Virus record (IMG/VR): IMGVR_UViG_3300010002_000004
DNA length: 64,000 bases
Origin: a virus
Strand: one strand, 5' to 3'
Every line of letters starts with the position of its first letter. The first letter of the stretch is position 1. This document shows, piece by piece, positions 8,882 through 19,180 of the stretch. Both the position numbers and the translations under genes were made by a program. The notes beneath the pieces were generated by a model. It saw only the letters and a list, made by a program, of their open reading frames with translations, searched no databases and was not told where the DNA came from.

Positions 8882-9751
8882 ATGTCAAACACAAAACTTA
8901 TCGCACTCGTAGCCAAAGCAGTAGAATCGAACAACGACCTTCTCGGAGCACTCAACGAGTACCTTTCTGAGACGAACGTAGCGGAGACGGCAACGAAAGC
9001 TCCTGCAAAGAAAGCACCTGTTAAGAAAGCAGTCGAGGAAGAAGTCGAGGAAGCTCCTACGAAGAAAGCTCCTGCTAAAAAAGCCCCTGCGAAAAAAGCT
9101 CCTGCTAAAAAGGCAGTCGAAGTTGAGGAAGACGAAGAGGACGAAGAAGGGGAAGCAGAACTCCCATCTGATTTCGCTACAATGAAACTTCCGCAACTCA
9201 AAACGTTCGCTAAAGAAAACGGCGTACACATTCCGAAAGACACGAAAATCGCAGTAGTACGTGAACTCATCCTGGAAGGACTTGGACTCGCCGAGGAAGA
9301 AGAGGAAGAGGAAGAAGAGGAAGAGGAAGCGGAAATGTCTGAAAACACGTTCACGTATGAAGACGAAGAAGGGGAAGAAGTCACGGTAGACCTTGAAGAC
9401 CTCGATGTCAAAGGACTGAAAGCCCTTGCGAAAGAATTCGACGTGAAAGTTCCGGTCAAGCTGAAAACGAAGGATTCTATCATCGAGTTCCTCATGGAAG
9501 AATTCAACGCTGACGAAGAGGACGAGGAAGAGGAAGAAGCGGACGACGTGGAAGCGGACGAGGATTTCGAAGAAGAAGAGAACCTAGAAGTCCAGTACGG
9601 TCTCGACGAGCTCTCGACTGAGGAACTCGCTGACATCCTCGAAGAAGCAGAACTCAAGGCAACTGGAAAACGTCCACAGCTCGTCGCTCGTATCATCAAA
9701 GGAATCGAAGACGGCACAATCGAAACAGCAGACGAAGAAGAGGGGGAGTAA
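8882..9751 (+). CDS. very acidic protein with PAKK repeats and three short helical (SAP/Rho-N-like) modules
   Basis: Poly-Glu tracts; KLPQLKTFAKE, DVKGLKALAKE and STEELADIL modules; RBS GGAGG. Confidence 0.75.
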   Translation: MSNTKLIALVAKAVESNNDLLGALNEYLSETNVAETATKAPAKKAPVKKAVEEEVEEAPTKKAPAKKAPAKKAPAKKAVEVEEDEEDEEGEAELPSDFATMKLPQLKTFAKENGVHIPKDTKIAVVRELILEGLGLAEEEEEEEEEEEEAEMSENTFTYEDEEGEEVTVDLEDLDVKGLKALAKEFDVKVPVKLKTKDSIIEFLMEEFNADEEDEEEEEADDVEADEDFEEEENLEVQYGLDELSTEELADILEEAELKATGKRPQLVARIIKGIEDGTIETADEEEGE

Positions 9752-9783
9752 TCCCCTCATCGGACATCCCGCAAGCACCTTTC

Positions 9784-10119
9784 GTGTTAGGGAATCCGAA
9801 CCATCAAAATAGAGAAGCCGTCACACAGGCATTGGAGGAAGCGGATTCGTTTATCGCTTCCTCCCTTTTTAATCAGAAGACCGACCGGAAGCTCCGGAAC
9901 ACGCTCCTGGAATTCCATCACGGGGAAGGTTATCCTTGCCCGACGGGATGTCCGGGAAGTTGTGTCAAGAACTGCATCCGGGAGATGTACGAGCTACTGA
10001 TTGACGACGACGGGCTCTATCATCCGATGAGGGAGCGCTATGTTAGGAACGGTAATCCGTACTGTTGTGGGAAGGAACTCATGCACGTTGAGTGCTCCGT
10101 TTGCGGAACCATCCACTAA
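9784..10119 (+). CDS. Cys-rich domain, possibly reached by -1 frameshift from the upstream gene
   Basis: No RBS; frame is open back through GGGGGAG at 9742; CPTGCPGSC..C and CC...CSVC. Confidence 0.6.
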   Translation: MLGNPNHQNREAVTQALEEADSFIASSLFNQKTDRKLRNTLLEFHHGEGYPCPTGCPGSCVKNCIREMYELLIDDDGLYHPMRERYVRNGNPYCCGKELMHVECSVCGTIH

Positions 10120-10224
10120 CTGTAACGGAACCGTAACGAGAGAAGTGGGAGACTAATCTGCGGAAGACAGGGTATGATAGATACGAGGAAAGTCCCTCAA
10201 AACTATCATAGAGGAGTGTTTATC

Positions 10225-10518
10225 ATGCTAAGAACCGCTACCCAGATTGTCGTCACCTCGATTTACCTCATCCTCGCTCTCGTATTTAGTAATGCGATTG
10301 TTGAGATGTGGTTCCAGTACGAGAAAGAGACGTTTACACCGTTCGACACAATGACAGGGGGAGCCTTCACCGACAATCTGACGCTAATCGTCGTCATCGT
10401 CTATGCGTTCGCTAATCTGAGCGCTCTCATCCTCTCATTCGTGTTCGTGGATAAGTTGTTCGGACATCGACAAACTCCTACGGAACGGCTCAAGCAGGAC
10501 AAACAACACCAAATATAA
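10225..10518 (+). CDS. two-TM membrane protein
   Basis: Two hydrophobic segments; RBS GAGGAG. Confidence 0.65.
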   Translation: MLRTATQIVVTSIYLILALVFSNAIVEMWFQYEKETFTPFDTMTGGAFTDNLTLIVVIVYAFANLSALILSFVFVDKLFGHRQTPTERLKQDKQHQI

Positions 10519-10534
10519 GGAGCGGGAATATCAA

Positions 10535-11395
10535 ATGGGAGTAACTTCATTACAAGTTCGCATGAACTCTAAGAAAAGGTTCGTTGATGACCAAAAAGAA
10601 GAATTTTATCAGATGATTGAAGACCTGTTGTGGGGTAAGGAAGAGGAAGAAACGAGTGTGAGTCTGACGGAAGATGAGACGACTCGACTCGAACACATCT
10701 TCCAGGACGCCAAACATAACATGGACGGAATTATCATTGCTTTCCAAGCCATCCGTAACTGTTATTCCCCTTTAGAGACGAAAGAAATCCTAAAAGAGGA
10801 GTTTAAGAGATATTTTTTATCTCCGGCATCTAAAAAGGATGAGACCCTCGGGGGAGAGAACGATGCACAACGTCTCATCAACTTCATTTTCAAGTCGTCT
10901 CACACGTCTACCCTGGAGCATTTGAACTTCACCTTCCATATCGAGGGAGCGAGTCGTGCCATGTTAGCCCAACTGACGAGACATCGGCACTGGAGCTTTA
11001 GCGTCAAGAGCCAACGATACGTGAAGTTCTCAAGCGAGAGCAAGTCACAAGGCATGGATTACATCGTTCCCCCTTCCGTCATCGAACGGGGAGTGGAGAA
11101 ACAGTATCACCAGTTCATGCAGGATTCGCAAGAAATGTACGACTTCCTCGTTGAGGCGAAAGTTCCCCAGGAGGATGCTCGATTCGTCTTCCCGAACGCC
11201 GCTTCCACCGTCATCGTCGCTACGTTGAACCTGGCATCTGCCCTCGACTTCTACAAGAAGCGGAAACCACAGAGCGGAGCCCAGTGGGAGATAGCAAAAC
11301 TGGCAGTAGAGATTCGCAACCAAGTCGTCAAGGAAGAACCGTGGACGGCACATTTCTTCAACCAGATTGACTTAAAGAAGAAGGAAGAAAACTAA
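10535..11395 (+). CDS. thyX: flavin-dependent thymidylate synthase
   Basis: HTSTLEH, RHRHWSFSVKSQRY (RHRX7S motif), EDARFVFP, AQWEI. Confidence 0.95.
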   Translation: MGVTSLQVRMNSKKRFVDDQKEEFYQMIEDLLWGKEEEETSVSLTEDETTRLEHIFQDAKHNMDGIIIAFQAIRNCYSPLETKEILKEEFKRYFLSPASKKDETLGGENDAQRLINFIFKSSHTSTLEHLNFTFHIEGASRAMLAQLTRHRHWSFSVKSQRYVKFSSESKSQGMDYIVPPSVIERGVEKQYHQFMQDSQEMYDFLVEAKVPQEDARFVFPNAASTVIVATLNLASALDFYKKRKPQSGAQWEIAKLAVEIRNQVVKEEPWTAHFFNQIDLKKKEEN

Positions 11396-11440
11396 AACGA
11401 GGGGATTCCGGAAGGAGTCCCTTTTCTAGGAGGAGACCGC

Positions 11441-11737
11441 ATGAAATACATTATCCAGGATTTTATGACCCAGACCGTCATCGCCACCGTGGAGTCGAGC
11501 CGGGAAGGTAAAATCGACAAGTTGATTGCTTCCCCTGCCGTCACTAAGGCATGGAATAACGCCCCACTGACCGGGGGAGGAACGAGAGAGACATTGACCA
11601 TCCAACAGGGAAAGCTAGTGGATGTTCACGCTAACATGAAAGACACGAAAAAGATGGATGTTTGGGCATTTGCAGACCACCTGTCCCGATTAGATTCGGA
11701 CGGGAATGTATATGTCGTGAAGGAGGATAAACGATGA
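11441..11737 (+). CDS. hypothetical protein
   Basis: RBS AGGAGG. Confidence 0.65.
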   Translation: MKYIIQDFMTQTVIATVESSREGKIDKLIASPAVTKAWNNAPLTGGGTRETLTIQQGKLVDVHANMKDTKKMDVWAFADHLSRLDSDGNVYVVKEDKR

Positions 11738-13956
11738 GTGTGATTCAAGTAGATTGCCCCAAATGTGGAGGGGATGGATACCTTCCCCAGTTCTCTCACA
11801 TCAATGGAGGAACGTGCTACAAATGTTCGGGGACGGGGAAAGTAGATATGACTGTCCGGGACGGTATGGACAGCACCGTTCTCAAGATGTTCCCTAACCT
11901 CTATATCGAGCATGACTACGTCGAACTCCCTACTTTAGACGGGGAAGAGCAGTTCTACGTCCAAGCGACACGAAAACGGCACAACGAGACGCTAGTAAAG
12001 TTCCTTTCGGGGAATGAAGAGCTCAAGGAATCCATTGCCTACATCGAGGATTGGGCGGGGAAGAACGGATTTAATGACCCTAAACTATTGTACGGAGTGA
12101 AATATACGAGTCGAGTTGTCGAAGGCTCACTTGGAGCCGTATCCACCCAGAACATTCCCGTGTCCGTAGGGGATAAGAAAGTGTACCTAAAGGGAGTGGC
12201 TACGTTTTTCGTCCAACCCGATGAAGGATTCCCCGACACCGACAACAAGAATGGAAGTAGTCGTAAATCGGAGATAGGGTATGATTCCGACAACACCTAC
12301 ATTCACGAGATGATTCACGTTGTAGATTTCATCAACCAGAACGCTAAGTTGTTAGGTAAGCCGGATTCAGATAAGCGGAAACGAGTTGCACAAGCGAAAA
12401 TGAACGTGTTCGACGACTACATGAAAGCCCTAACAGGGGATAGCGTCAAGATGTACGACCAAAACATACTCGATACCCCACTCACCGTCCGCTACCTAGA
12501 GTATTCGAAAATAGAACGCATCCAGAAGTTCGCCCGGAAGACGGGAAAGTTGTTCATCGAACGAGGTGCAAGTGAGACGCTCGCTAACCAAGCGGACAAC
12601 ATGCTTCCCCAGTTCGCCAATGAGGATATGGCAGAGTATCGGGAGTATGTCGTGAGTGCTTTCAAAAGAGGGGATTACGACCGGGGAATGGAGTTCATTG
12701 ATAAGCTGAAAAGATTCTCGGGTAACAACCTCAAGGACATTCTGTACCGACATGCGAACAAGAGCGAAGTGGAGGGGATTCCAGATAGTGAGCACGACGT
12801 CACACTCGACCACTTGAATCACCTCCCGCTCCAGATGGCGTTTAAGTCCTCTCTTCAAGACGAGCATTATATGACCTTCCAAGGAAGCCGACAGGGGATA
12901 GGGAGCACGACAAGAGGACAGCTTGATGAGATTATTGTCCATGCTAGGGATGCGTTCCGGGAAAGCCGGAGCTCTTGGTCAACCAACGGGACATTGGATG
13001 AGATTACTCACTATGCGTCAGAAGACCTTTCCTATGAGGAGATGGATTACCTCCGGAAGAGCTACCGTGTCGTTCGAGGTATGGACAAGCCGGAGGAAGG
13101 GGAAACATATCTTAGTACCCTGTCAAAACTCCGGGAAACGCTTGCAGGGGATAAAAAGAAATACGGCATGAACAATCTGATGATTAACAACATCCTCACC
13201 CGGATGTCGTTCGACTACTATCTCCCGTCGAAAAGAGGTGACGCTTATGCCCTCTACAATGCGAACGAGTTCAATGCGGAACTGGGAAGCTCGATGCTCG
13301 GCTCTAAGTCACGAGATGAGGACTACACCGAACCAATGAAGGAGCTCAAGAAAGCGTTCGAGGACTTCTATCACTGGAACTCCCTTGATGCGTTTGAGGA
13401 GCAGGATATTAAACAGCCCCTCATAAATGATATACGGGGATTCCTTGTCGAGAAACGTGACCAAGAGGAACAGTGGGCGCAAGAATACTATCGCTCATGG
13501 GAAGCGATTAAAGATGACTACCTCATTTCGGGGGAATCTGCCATGTCGAGAGAGAAATATGACGACTACATGGAGGATTTCGCTTATCTGGAAGAGAGAG
13601 CTCTCCGTGAAACGGGGAAGACGTTCCGGCAACTCGTAGGGGAAGAGAGCTACACGAGCATCCAGAACATCGTGACCGTTTCCTTCCCTCGTGACGTTCT
13701 AGGAGGAGAGTTGCGAAGAATCAACAACCTCACGACGGACGAAGTGAAAGACCTTTCCCTAAAACTGGAGGAAGCGCTTGAGTGGTGGGACATCAACGAG
13801 AGTGAGATGCGGATATTCGTGGACACACACCTTTCTCAAATCAATGAGATGTACCGCTACCACAACATCCCGAACCGGGACTCGATTAGGCAGTTACTCA
13901 CGCAGATGGGAGTAGACATCGAAAATTATCAAGAAGAAGGAGACGACGATTTTTAA
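11734..13956 (+). CDS. large protein with N-terminal Zn-finger and HExxH motif (putative zincin)
   Basis: CPKCGGDG...HINGGTCYKCSGTG; IHEMIH; NEFNAE; ends EEGDDDF. Confidence 0.65.
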   Translation: MSVIQVDCPKCGGDGYLPQFSHINGGTCYKCSGTGKVDMTVRDGMDSTVLKMFPNLYIEHDYVELPTLDGEEQFYVQATRKRHNETLVKFLSGNEELKESIAYIEDWAGKNGFNDPKLLYGVKYTSRVVEGSLGAVSTQNIPVSVGDKKVYLKGVATFFVQPDEGFPDTDNKNGSSRKSEIGYDSDNTYIHEMIHVVDFINQNAKLLGKPDSDKRKRVAQAKMNVFDDYMKALTGDSVKMYDQNILDTPLTVRYLEYSKIERIQKFARKTGKLFIERGASETLANQADNMLPQFANEDMAEYREYVVSAFKRGDYDRGMEFIDKLKRFSGNNLKDILYRHANKSEVEGIPDSEHDVTLDHLNHLPLQMAFKSSLQDEHYMTFQGSRQGIGSTTRGQLDEIIVHARDAFRESRSSWSTNGTLDEITHYASEDLSYEEMDYLRKSYRVVRGMDKPEEGETYLSTLSKLRETLAGDKKKYGMNNLMINNILTRMSFDYYLPSKRGDAYALYNANEFNAELGSSMLGSKSRDEDYTEPMKELKKAFEDFYHWNSLDAFEEQDIKQPLINDIRGFLVEKRDQEEQWAQEYYRSWEAIKDDYLISGESAMSREKYDDYMEDFAYLEERALRETGKTFRQLVGEESYTSIQNIVTVSFPRDVLGGELRRINNLTTDEVKDLSLKLEEALEWWDINESEMRIFVDTHLSQINEMYRYHNIPNRDSIRQLLTQMGVDIENYQEEGDDDF

Positions 13957-14390
13957 TGAAACAGCGACGGATTCGAAAGTTTGCGGGACAGGTAGTAAAG
14001 TCCCCTCACACGAGACGAGTGATAAAAGACATCACGGACAAGGCCATCAAACAGGACGAGTTCGGATACAAGAAATACGGACAGTACCTTGACCCGTTCG
14101 ACCCGAAGTATGACTGGCTGAACATGGCAGAGGAAGAGCTCGTCGATATGATGAAATACTTCCATGCCGAGCGGGAGCGGAGAGATGCCAACCTGTCTCA
14201 ATTGCTCCGATTACAAGAGAGCATGATGAAGCGACTGGAGTCCTTCCGAGGGGGAGATGCCATCCCGAGAGATACGCACCTCTTCTTAGAGCGGAGTCTC
14301 CATAGTATGCGAAAAGGTATCTTGAGTCTCTCGAAGAACCTCGAAGGACAGACCGGACAAACAACTAAAGACAAAGAAATCAATCACTGA
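13956..14390 (+). CDS. putative MazG-like nucleotide pyrophosphohydrolase
   Basis: G.KKYG..L....DWL..AEEELVD...Y pattern. Confidence 0.45.
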   Translation: MKQRRIRKFAGQVVKSPHTRRVIKDITDKAIKQDEFGYKKYGQYLDPFDPKYDWLNMAEEELVDMMKYFHAERERRDANLSQLLRLQESMMKRLESFRGGDAIPRDTHLFLERSLHSMRKGILSLSKNLEGQTGQTTKDKEINH

Positions 14391-14465
14391 TACAATTATG
14401 GCAGGAGACGGGATGAAATTATCCTCATCCTGTCATTTATTTTGTAGAAAGGATTGTGTGACTAC

Positions 14466-16046
14466 ATGGCAAAACTAACGACATCACAGCTCGTCAACCG
14501 GATTTATACGTTCTGTCTCGCCTATTCGGGAATCACGTTTTTCCCGTACCAGGAGCAGATTTCGAAGCGTATCATCTACTCGGTTTTAGACAACGACGGG
14601 GAGGAGCTATCCGCTCTCCAGAGCCGACAGAGCGGGAAGTCAGAAGTAATCTCTACGACCTGCGGGGGACTGGCTATCATCCTACCGATACTCGCCAATA
14701 TGCCGATGTTTGCGGACGACGAGCGACTGAAACCTTTCAAGAGTGGCATCTTAATCGGAGTATTCGCCCCTGCGATGCACCAAGCCCAGATTTCGTTTAG
14801 CCGGATGAAACAACGGATGACATCGAAGAGCGCTATCGAGGTAATGGACGACCCGGGAATCTTAGTCGATTTCGACACGAACAACGGACAGAACATTGCC
14901 TTGACGAACGGCTCTATCATTACGTGTATGTCCGCTTCTGAGGGAAGTAACATCGAGGGTAAGTCGTACCATATCATCATCATTGACGAAGCCCAGGACG
15001 TCGGGAACTTTAAGTATCTCAAGTCCATCTCTCCGATGGGAGCGTTCTACAATGCGACGAAAATCCTCATCGGGACGCCGTCCACGTCAAAAGGATTCTT
15101 CTACGATGCGATTGACCGGAACAAGCTCGATTACGTCAACGGCACGAAGAAGAGAAAACTTCATTTCGAGTACGACTACAAAACCGTAATGAAGTATAAT
15201 GATAAGTACGGAAAGTACATAGAAGGGGAGAAGCGTCGATTAGGGGAAGACTCGGACGAGTTCCAGATGGCGTATAACCTCAAGTGGATTCTGGAGCGAG
15301 GGATGTTCGTCACGGACGACCAGTTGCAGAAGCTCGGAGTGGACACGCTCGACATTTCCCTATCCGACATGAAAAACCCACATATCGTCGGAGTGGATTT
15401 GGCTAAGTCTTCCGATAGTACCGTCGTCACCATCCTGGAAGTCGATTACGAAAACCCCGTCCTCATCGAGAAGTCGGACGACATGAACATTCCCGATTTC
15501 TATGCCTACAATACATACATCAAAAACTGGCTTGAGATTCAAGGGGACGACTACGAGTCGCAGTATCACGAGATTCGGGATTTCATTAGTTCCTACCGTG
15601 TCGAACGGATGGTCATGGATGGAACCGGAGTCGGGAGCCCTATCGTTGACCGATTCAAGGCGAACTCGGATTTCGAAGTCATTCCCTACGTCTTCACGAC
15701 CCCGTCCAAGTCGGAATTGTACAAGCGATTGGATGCGGAATTCAAGTCGGGACGGTTCCACTTTCCCTCTATCCCGCACTTGCAAGAGACACGGGAATAC
15801 AAGAAGTTTCAACAGCAGTTCCTTGACCTGGAGAAGAGTTATTCCGGAAGCCACATGGTTGTCCATCACCCGAAAGTCCGGGGAGCGCACGATGACTATT
15901 CAGATAGTTGTGCTCTTGCCGTATGGGGAGCGATGGGGGAACAGGTTGAGAAGCCGACAACGGAGAAGAACAACGTCTTCCGGGAGAAAGCTCAAATGAA
16001 CATCCGGATTGAACGTAGAAACAATTACACGGCAAGAAGACGTTGA
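14466..16046 (+). CDS. terL: terminase large subunit
   Basis: Walker A SRQSGKS, Walker B IIIIDEAQ, GTP coupling motif, RNase H-like GVDLAKSSD and HDDYSD. An alternative TTG start lies at 14454. Confidence 0.93.
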   Translation: MAKLTTSQLVNRIYTFCLAYSGITFFPYQEQISKRIIYSVLDNDGEELSALQSRQSGKSEVISTTCGGLAIILPILANMPMFADDERLKPFKSGILIGVFAPAMHQAQISFSRMKQRMTSKSAIEVMDDPGILVDFDTNNGQNIALTNGSIITCMSASEGSNIEGKSYHIIIIDEAQDVGNFKYLKSISPMGAFYNATKILIGTPSTSKGFFYDAIDRNKLDYVNGTKKRKLHFEYDYKTVMKYNDKYGKYIEGEKRRLGEDSDEFQMAYNLKWILERGMFVTDDQLQKLGVDTLDISLSDMKNPHIVGVDLAKSSDSTVVTILEVDYENPVLIEKSDDMNIPDFYAYNTYIKNWLEIQGDDYESQYHEIRDFISSYRVERMVMDGTGVGSPIVDRFKANSDFEVIPYVFTTPSKSELYKRLDAEFKSGRFHFPSIPHLQETREYKKFQQQFLDLEKSYSGSHMVVHHPKVRGAHDDYSDSCALAVWGAMGEQVEKPTTEKNNVFREKAQMNIRIERRNNYTARRR

Positions 16047-16058
16047 GGAGGAAAGAAC

Positions 16059-17144
16059 GTGCAAAAACCATGTTTCAGATGTGAGGGGGAAGGATTCCTA
16101 GTGGAGTTCTCCCACATTAAAGGCGGAGTTTGCTTCACTTGCGGAGGGGACGGAGTCGTCGAGACTTATCCTCCCCGGAAGACGAAGGAGATGGACAAGA
16201 TGGAGTACCGGGAATTCGTGTCCTACATGACGACCGAGGACGTCCAGAAGACGGAGTTCAAGAACCTCGACGAGGAGCAACGGGAGACCATCCACAAACA
16301 CATGTTGGACAAGGCGAACCGGATGATGAAGTCCGGTCTTTTCTCAAGCGGGGAGAAGAAACTCGTCGAAGGCATGAAGGAACCGAGCGAGAAGAATTTC
16401 GAGACGTTGCGGAAGGAGATTCTCCCGTCGATGCAGAAACATCTAGTGGACAGCATACCGAGACCGTATGAGGATTCCCCTTACTTCAAGAAGGGAGTCA
16501 TCACGATGGTTCCGACCGCTTGGGCGATGAAGTTCCAGGGGAACAGACTACGTTACGACGTGGGGACGGAGCTCCTGGATAGTATCGTCAAGGGAGGATT
16601 GGCAGAAGTCCCATATTTCAGTATCGGACAGCAAGACCGCCACGTTAAAGTAGGGGAAGGGAATCACCGGATGAACGTCTATCACGAGTTAGGTCTTGAC
16701 TTCATCCCGATGCGTGTCATGCGTACCCAGTTAGGGGAAGAATCCGGCAGTCATGCCTATGACAAGATGAGCCGTGTTCCCAAGAATGACTACTTCAAGG
16801 CAGATGCTTCCCCTGCGGAAGTGTTCGACACGTTCTATGACGGGGGAGAGTACCGGGATGTCGTGAAAGCACCGGAGGATACGGCGAAAGAAGCCGTCCT
16901 CAAGTTGATTCAGACCTATTCTGATGACGACTTCCTCGACGACACCGACGGGGAGAATCTCGTCGCCAATCTGTTAGCTCTCGACCAGGACAAATACTTC
17001 CGGGAATACTACGAGGGACTGGAGCTCTTGCAGAGAATCGAGCGGGAGAACGGCATGTCTTACAGCAAGGGAACTTCCCTCGACTTGAGCGGGGACGATG
17101 ATGATTTCGAAGACGATTTCGAAGACGATGACGACGATTTCTAA
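16059..17144 (+). CDS. Zn-finger plus ParB/Srx-like domain protein
   Basis: CFRCEGEG...HIKGGVCFTCGGDG; VGEGNHR; acidic DDDF tail. Confidence 0.6.
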   Translation: MQKPCFRCEGEGFLVEFSHIKGGVCFTCGGDGVVETYPPRKTKEMDKMEYREFVSYMTTEDVQKTEFKNLDEEQRETIHKHMLDKANRMMKSGLFSSGEKKLVEGMKEPSEKNFETLRKEILPSMQKHLVDSIPRPYEDSPYFKKGVITMVPTAWAMKFQGNRLRYDVGTELLDSIVKGGLAEVPYFSIGQQDRHVKVGEGNHRMNVYHELGLDFIPMRVMRTQLGEESGSHAYDKMSRVPKNDYFKADASPAEVFDTFYDGGEYRDVVKAPEDTAKEAVLKLIQTYSDDDFLDDTDGENLVANLLALDQDKYFREYYEGLELLQRIERENGMSYSKGTSLDLSGDDDDFEDDFEDDDDDF

Positions 17145-17175
17145 AACTAACAGCAGAACATGAGGGGGAAGCACG

Positions 17176-18849
17176 ATGGAAGGTTTCGATAGAAGATTAT
17201 CACTAAAGACGATTGAGAAAGCGATGTTGAGTTCAAACGGTATTATGCTCACGAACGAGGAACTGGAGCGGATTCGGAAATACAGCGAGAACTGGGATTT
17301 CTATGAGGGATTCCACTGGCAGAACATTCCGGAGGACGGGACAGCACGAGTCACGGAGAACTACGTCCGGAAGTTTGCGGACACGTTCACGAGTTTCGAG
17401 ACAGGCGGAGGATTCTCCGTACATATGCAGTCGGATGCGGAGAAGGTCGAAGGGGACAACAATCCCCTCAACTTCATCGAGGACATGTGGAAGGAGAACG
17501 GGAAACTATCCAAGCTCATCGAGTTAGGGCAATCTCGTTCCGTCACGGGGGACGCATGGGTACAAGTTTCTTATGATGCTCCGAACAGTGATGGGTACGA
17601 TGACCCGTTCGGGGAATTCCCGAAAGGAAAGATTCGGATTAACGTTCTTCCTAGTGTCATCTGTTTCCCGGAGTACAGTGAAGACCAACAACGGAAGGAG
17701 GACGTGGAGCGGTTCACGATTCTCTACCCGATTGAGCGGCAGACGAAGGAAGAATTAGATGAGTTACGGAACGCTTCCCTCGCCCAGAAGACGAGACAGT
17801 TCTTCTCTTCCCGGAAGAAGACGGACAGCGTCCAACGTATCATGTTCTCGATGACGTGGGACAAGGAGAACGTCACGACCCGCTACGGGGAAGAAGACCC
17901 AATCATTCAACCGAACCCATACGGCGTCATTCCCTTCCGTCAGATTAAGAACTTCCCCGTCGTCGGGAAGAATTTCGGGGCAAACGACATCGAGGACATT
18001 ATTCCCCTCAACGTAGAGCTCAACATGAAGAAATCGAACATCTCGGAAATCATCGACTATCATTCGGCTCCTGTTACGTTGATTTTCGGAGCTCGTGTCT
18101 CTACCCTGGAGCGGGGAGCGAACAAGCTATGGGGAGGATTGCCGAAGGATTCACGAGTCGAGAACCTCCGCCTGGAGGGAGACCTCAACGCTTCCCAGTC
18201 CTACATCGAGGGACTCAAAACGGCGATGAGTGAAATCGGGAATATTCCGAAGGGAGCCCTCGGGGGAGACATGGGAATCTCGAACACGAGCGCACCTGCC
18301 CTTCACATGTACCTCCTTCCCCTTTTAGAACGTGTCAAGGTGAAGCAGGAATTACTCAAGGAAGGTCTCATCTGGATTAATAAGCTCATCCTCCACGTCG
18401 GGAAACACCACGGGATGATTGAGATTCCGGAAGAGATGGCGTCGGATGCGGACAAGTGGAAATTCTTCTATAACGACGTCGAGTTCGGTGACATCCTGCC
18501 GAAAGACCGTTTGATGGAATTACAACAAATTGAAATCGAGATGCGTCTCGGATTGGCAGACCGGAAAGAAGCGATGCGACGTCTCAAGAAGCCGAACGTG
18601 GACGAGCATATCCAGTCTATCGACGAGGACATCAAAAATAATCCGAAACTTTATGGTCAAGAGGATGTCGAGGAACAGCTCGCTATGATGCGGGAACAGG
18701 TGGACATGAAAGCCATCCCGGGAGAAGACCCTAACGTCAAGAAAGTCGGGGAAAACAAGGACGGCAAGCCAAAGCAGATTAACTCCGGAGTGACCAATTC
18801 ACAGCAGAAGAAAGTAGACAGTTCGAAGCCTACACCGAGCGCTAAGTGA
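17176..18849 (+). CDS. portal protein (SPP1 gp6-like)
   Basis: Position after terminase; WDFYEG..W, N...K, NPYGVIPF motifs; 557 aa. Confidence 0.85.
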   Translation: MEGFDRRLSLKTIEKAMLSSNGIMLTNEELERIRKYSENWDFYEGFHWQNIPEDGTARVTENYVRKFADTFTSFETGGGFSVHMQSDAEKVEGDNNPLNFIEDMWKENGKLSKLIELGQSRSVTGDAWVQVSYDAPNSDGYDDPFGEFPKGKIRINVLPSVICFPEYSEDQQRKEDVERFTILYPIERQTKEELDELRNASLAQKTRQFFSSRKKTDSVQRIMFSMTWDKENVTTRYGEEDPIIQPNPYGVIPFRQIKNFPVVGKNFGANDIEDIIPLNVELNMKKSNISEIIDYHSAPVTLIFGARVSTLERGANKLWGGLPKDSRVENLRLEGDLNASQSYIEGLKTAMSEIGNIPKGALGGDMGISNTSAPALHMYLLPLLERVKVKQELLKEGLIWINKLILHVGKHHGMIEIPEEMASDADKWKFFYNDVEFGDILPKDRLMELQQIEIEMRLGLADRKEAMRRLKKPNVDEHIQSIDEDIKNNPKLYGQEDVEEQLAMMREQVDMKAIPGEDPNVKKVGENKDGKPKQINSGVTNSQQKKVDSSKPTPSAK

Positions 18850-18860
18850 CCTAAAAGAGG

Positions 18861-18890
18861 GGAGACGGATAAATTTCCGTCTCTTTTTCT
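18861..18890 (+). terminator. Rho-independent terminator
   Basis: GGAGACGGA/TCCGTCTCT stem followed by a T-run. Confidence 0.75.
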
Positions 18891-18985
18891 TGTATCCCCA
18901 CTTGTGGGATGGCGATATTTAGTTATAATAGGGAGTAGATAGTTATTTCTGACTATGCTAAACCAAATACGAGGAGGAATCCGAG

Positions 18986-19147
18986 ATGAGTAAAAAAGGC
19001 GAAAAAGACTTGTTCCACGGACAAGGAAACTCAACATTAGCACTTCCAGGAAAAATGAAAGGCGCTACGAAGTTGACAGACCCGCACACGAACCCAGGTA
19101 AATTGTTACCGACTAAGAAAGTCGTCCGCAAGGGATGGAGCAAGTAA
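18986..19147 (+). CDS. 53-aa basic protein in the head operon, not in the ORF track
   Basis: RBS GAGGAGG; MSKKGEKDLF...KGWSK; TATAAT at 18924. Confidence 0.65.
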   Translation: MSKKGEKDLFHGQGNSTLALPGKMKGATKLTDPHTNPGKLLPTKKVVRKGWSK

Positions 19148-19180
19148 GACCTAATTAAAACAATCCAGGAGGAACTCAAC

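Noticed and set aside
8836..9717. Long reverse-strand ORFs (also 6229-6795, 24520-25164, 47999-48703, 58494-59111)
   Set aside because: They are shadows of low-complexity or codon-biased + strand genes, with no RBS or motifs.
13956..14390. Small terminase assignment by position
   Set aside because: The sequence resembles MazG-like proteins, and a terminator-like hairpin separates it from terL.
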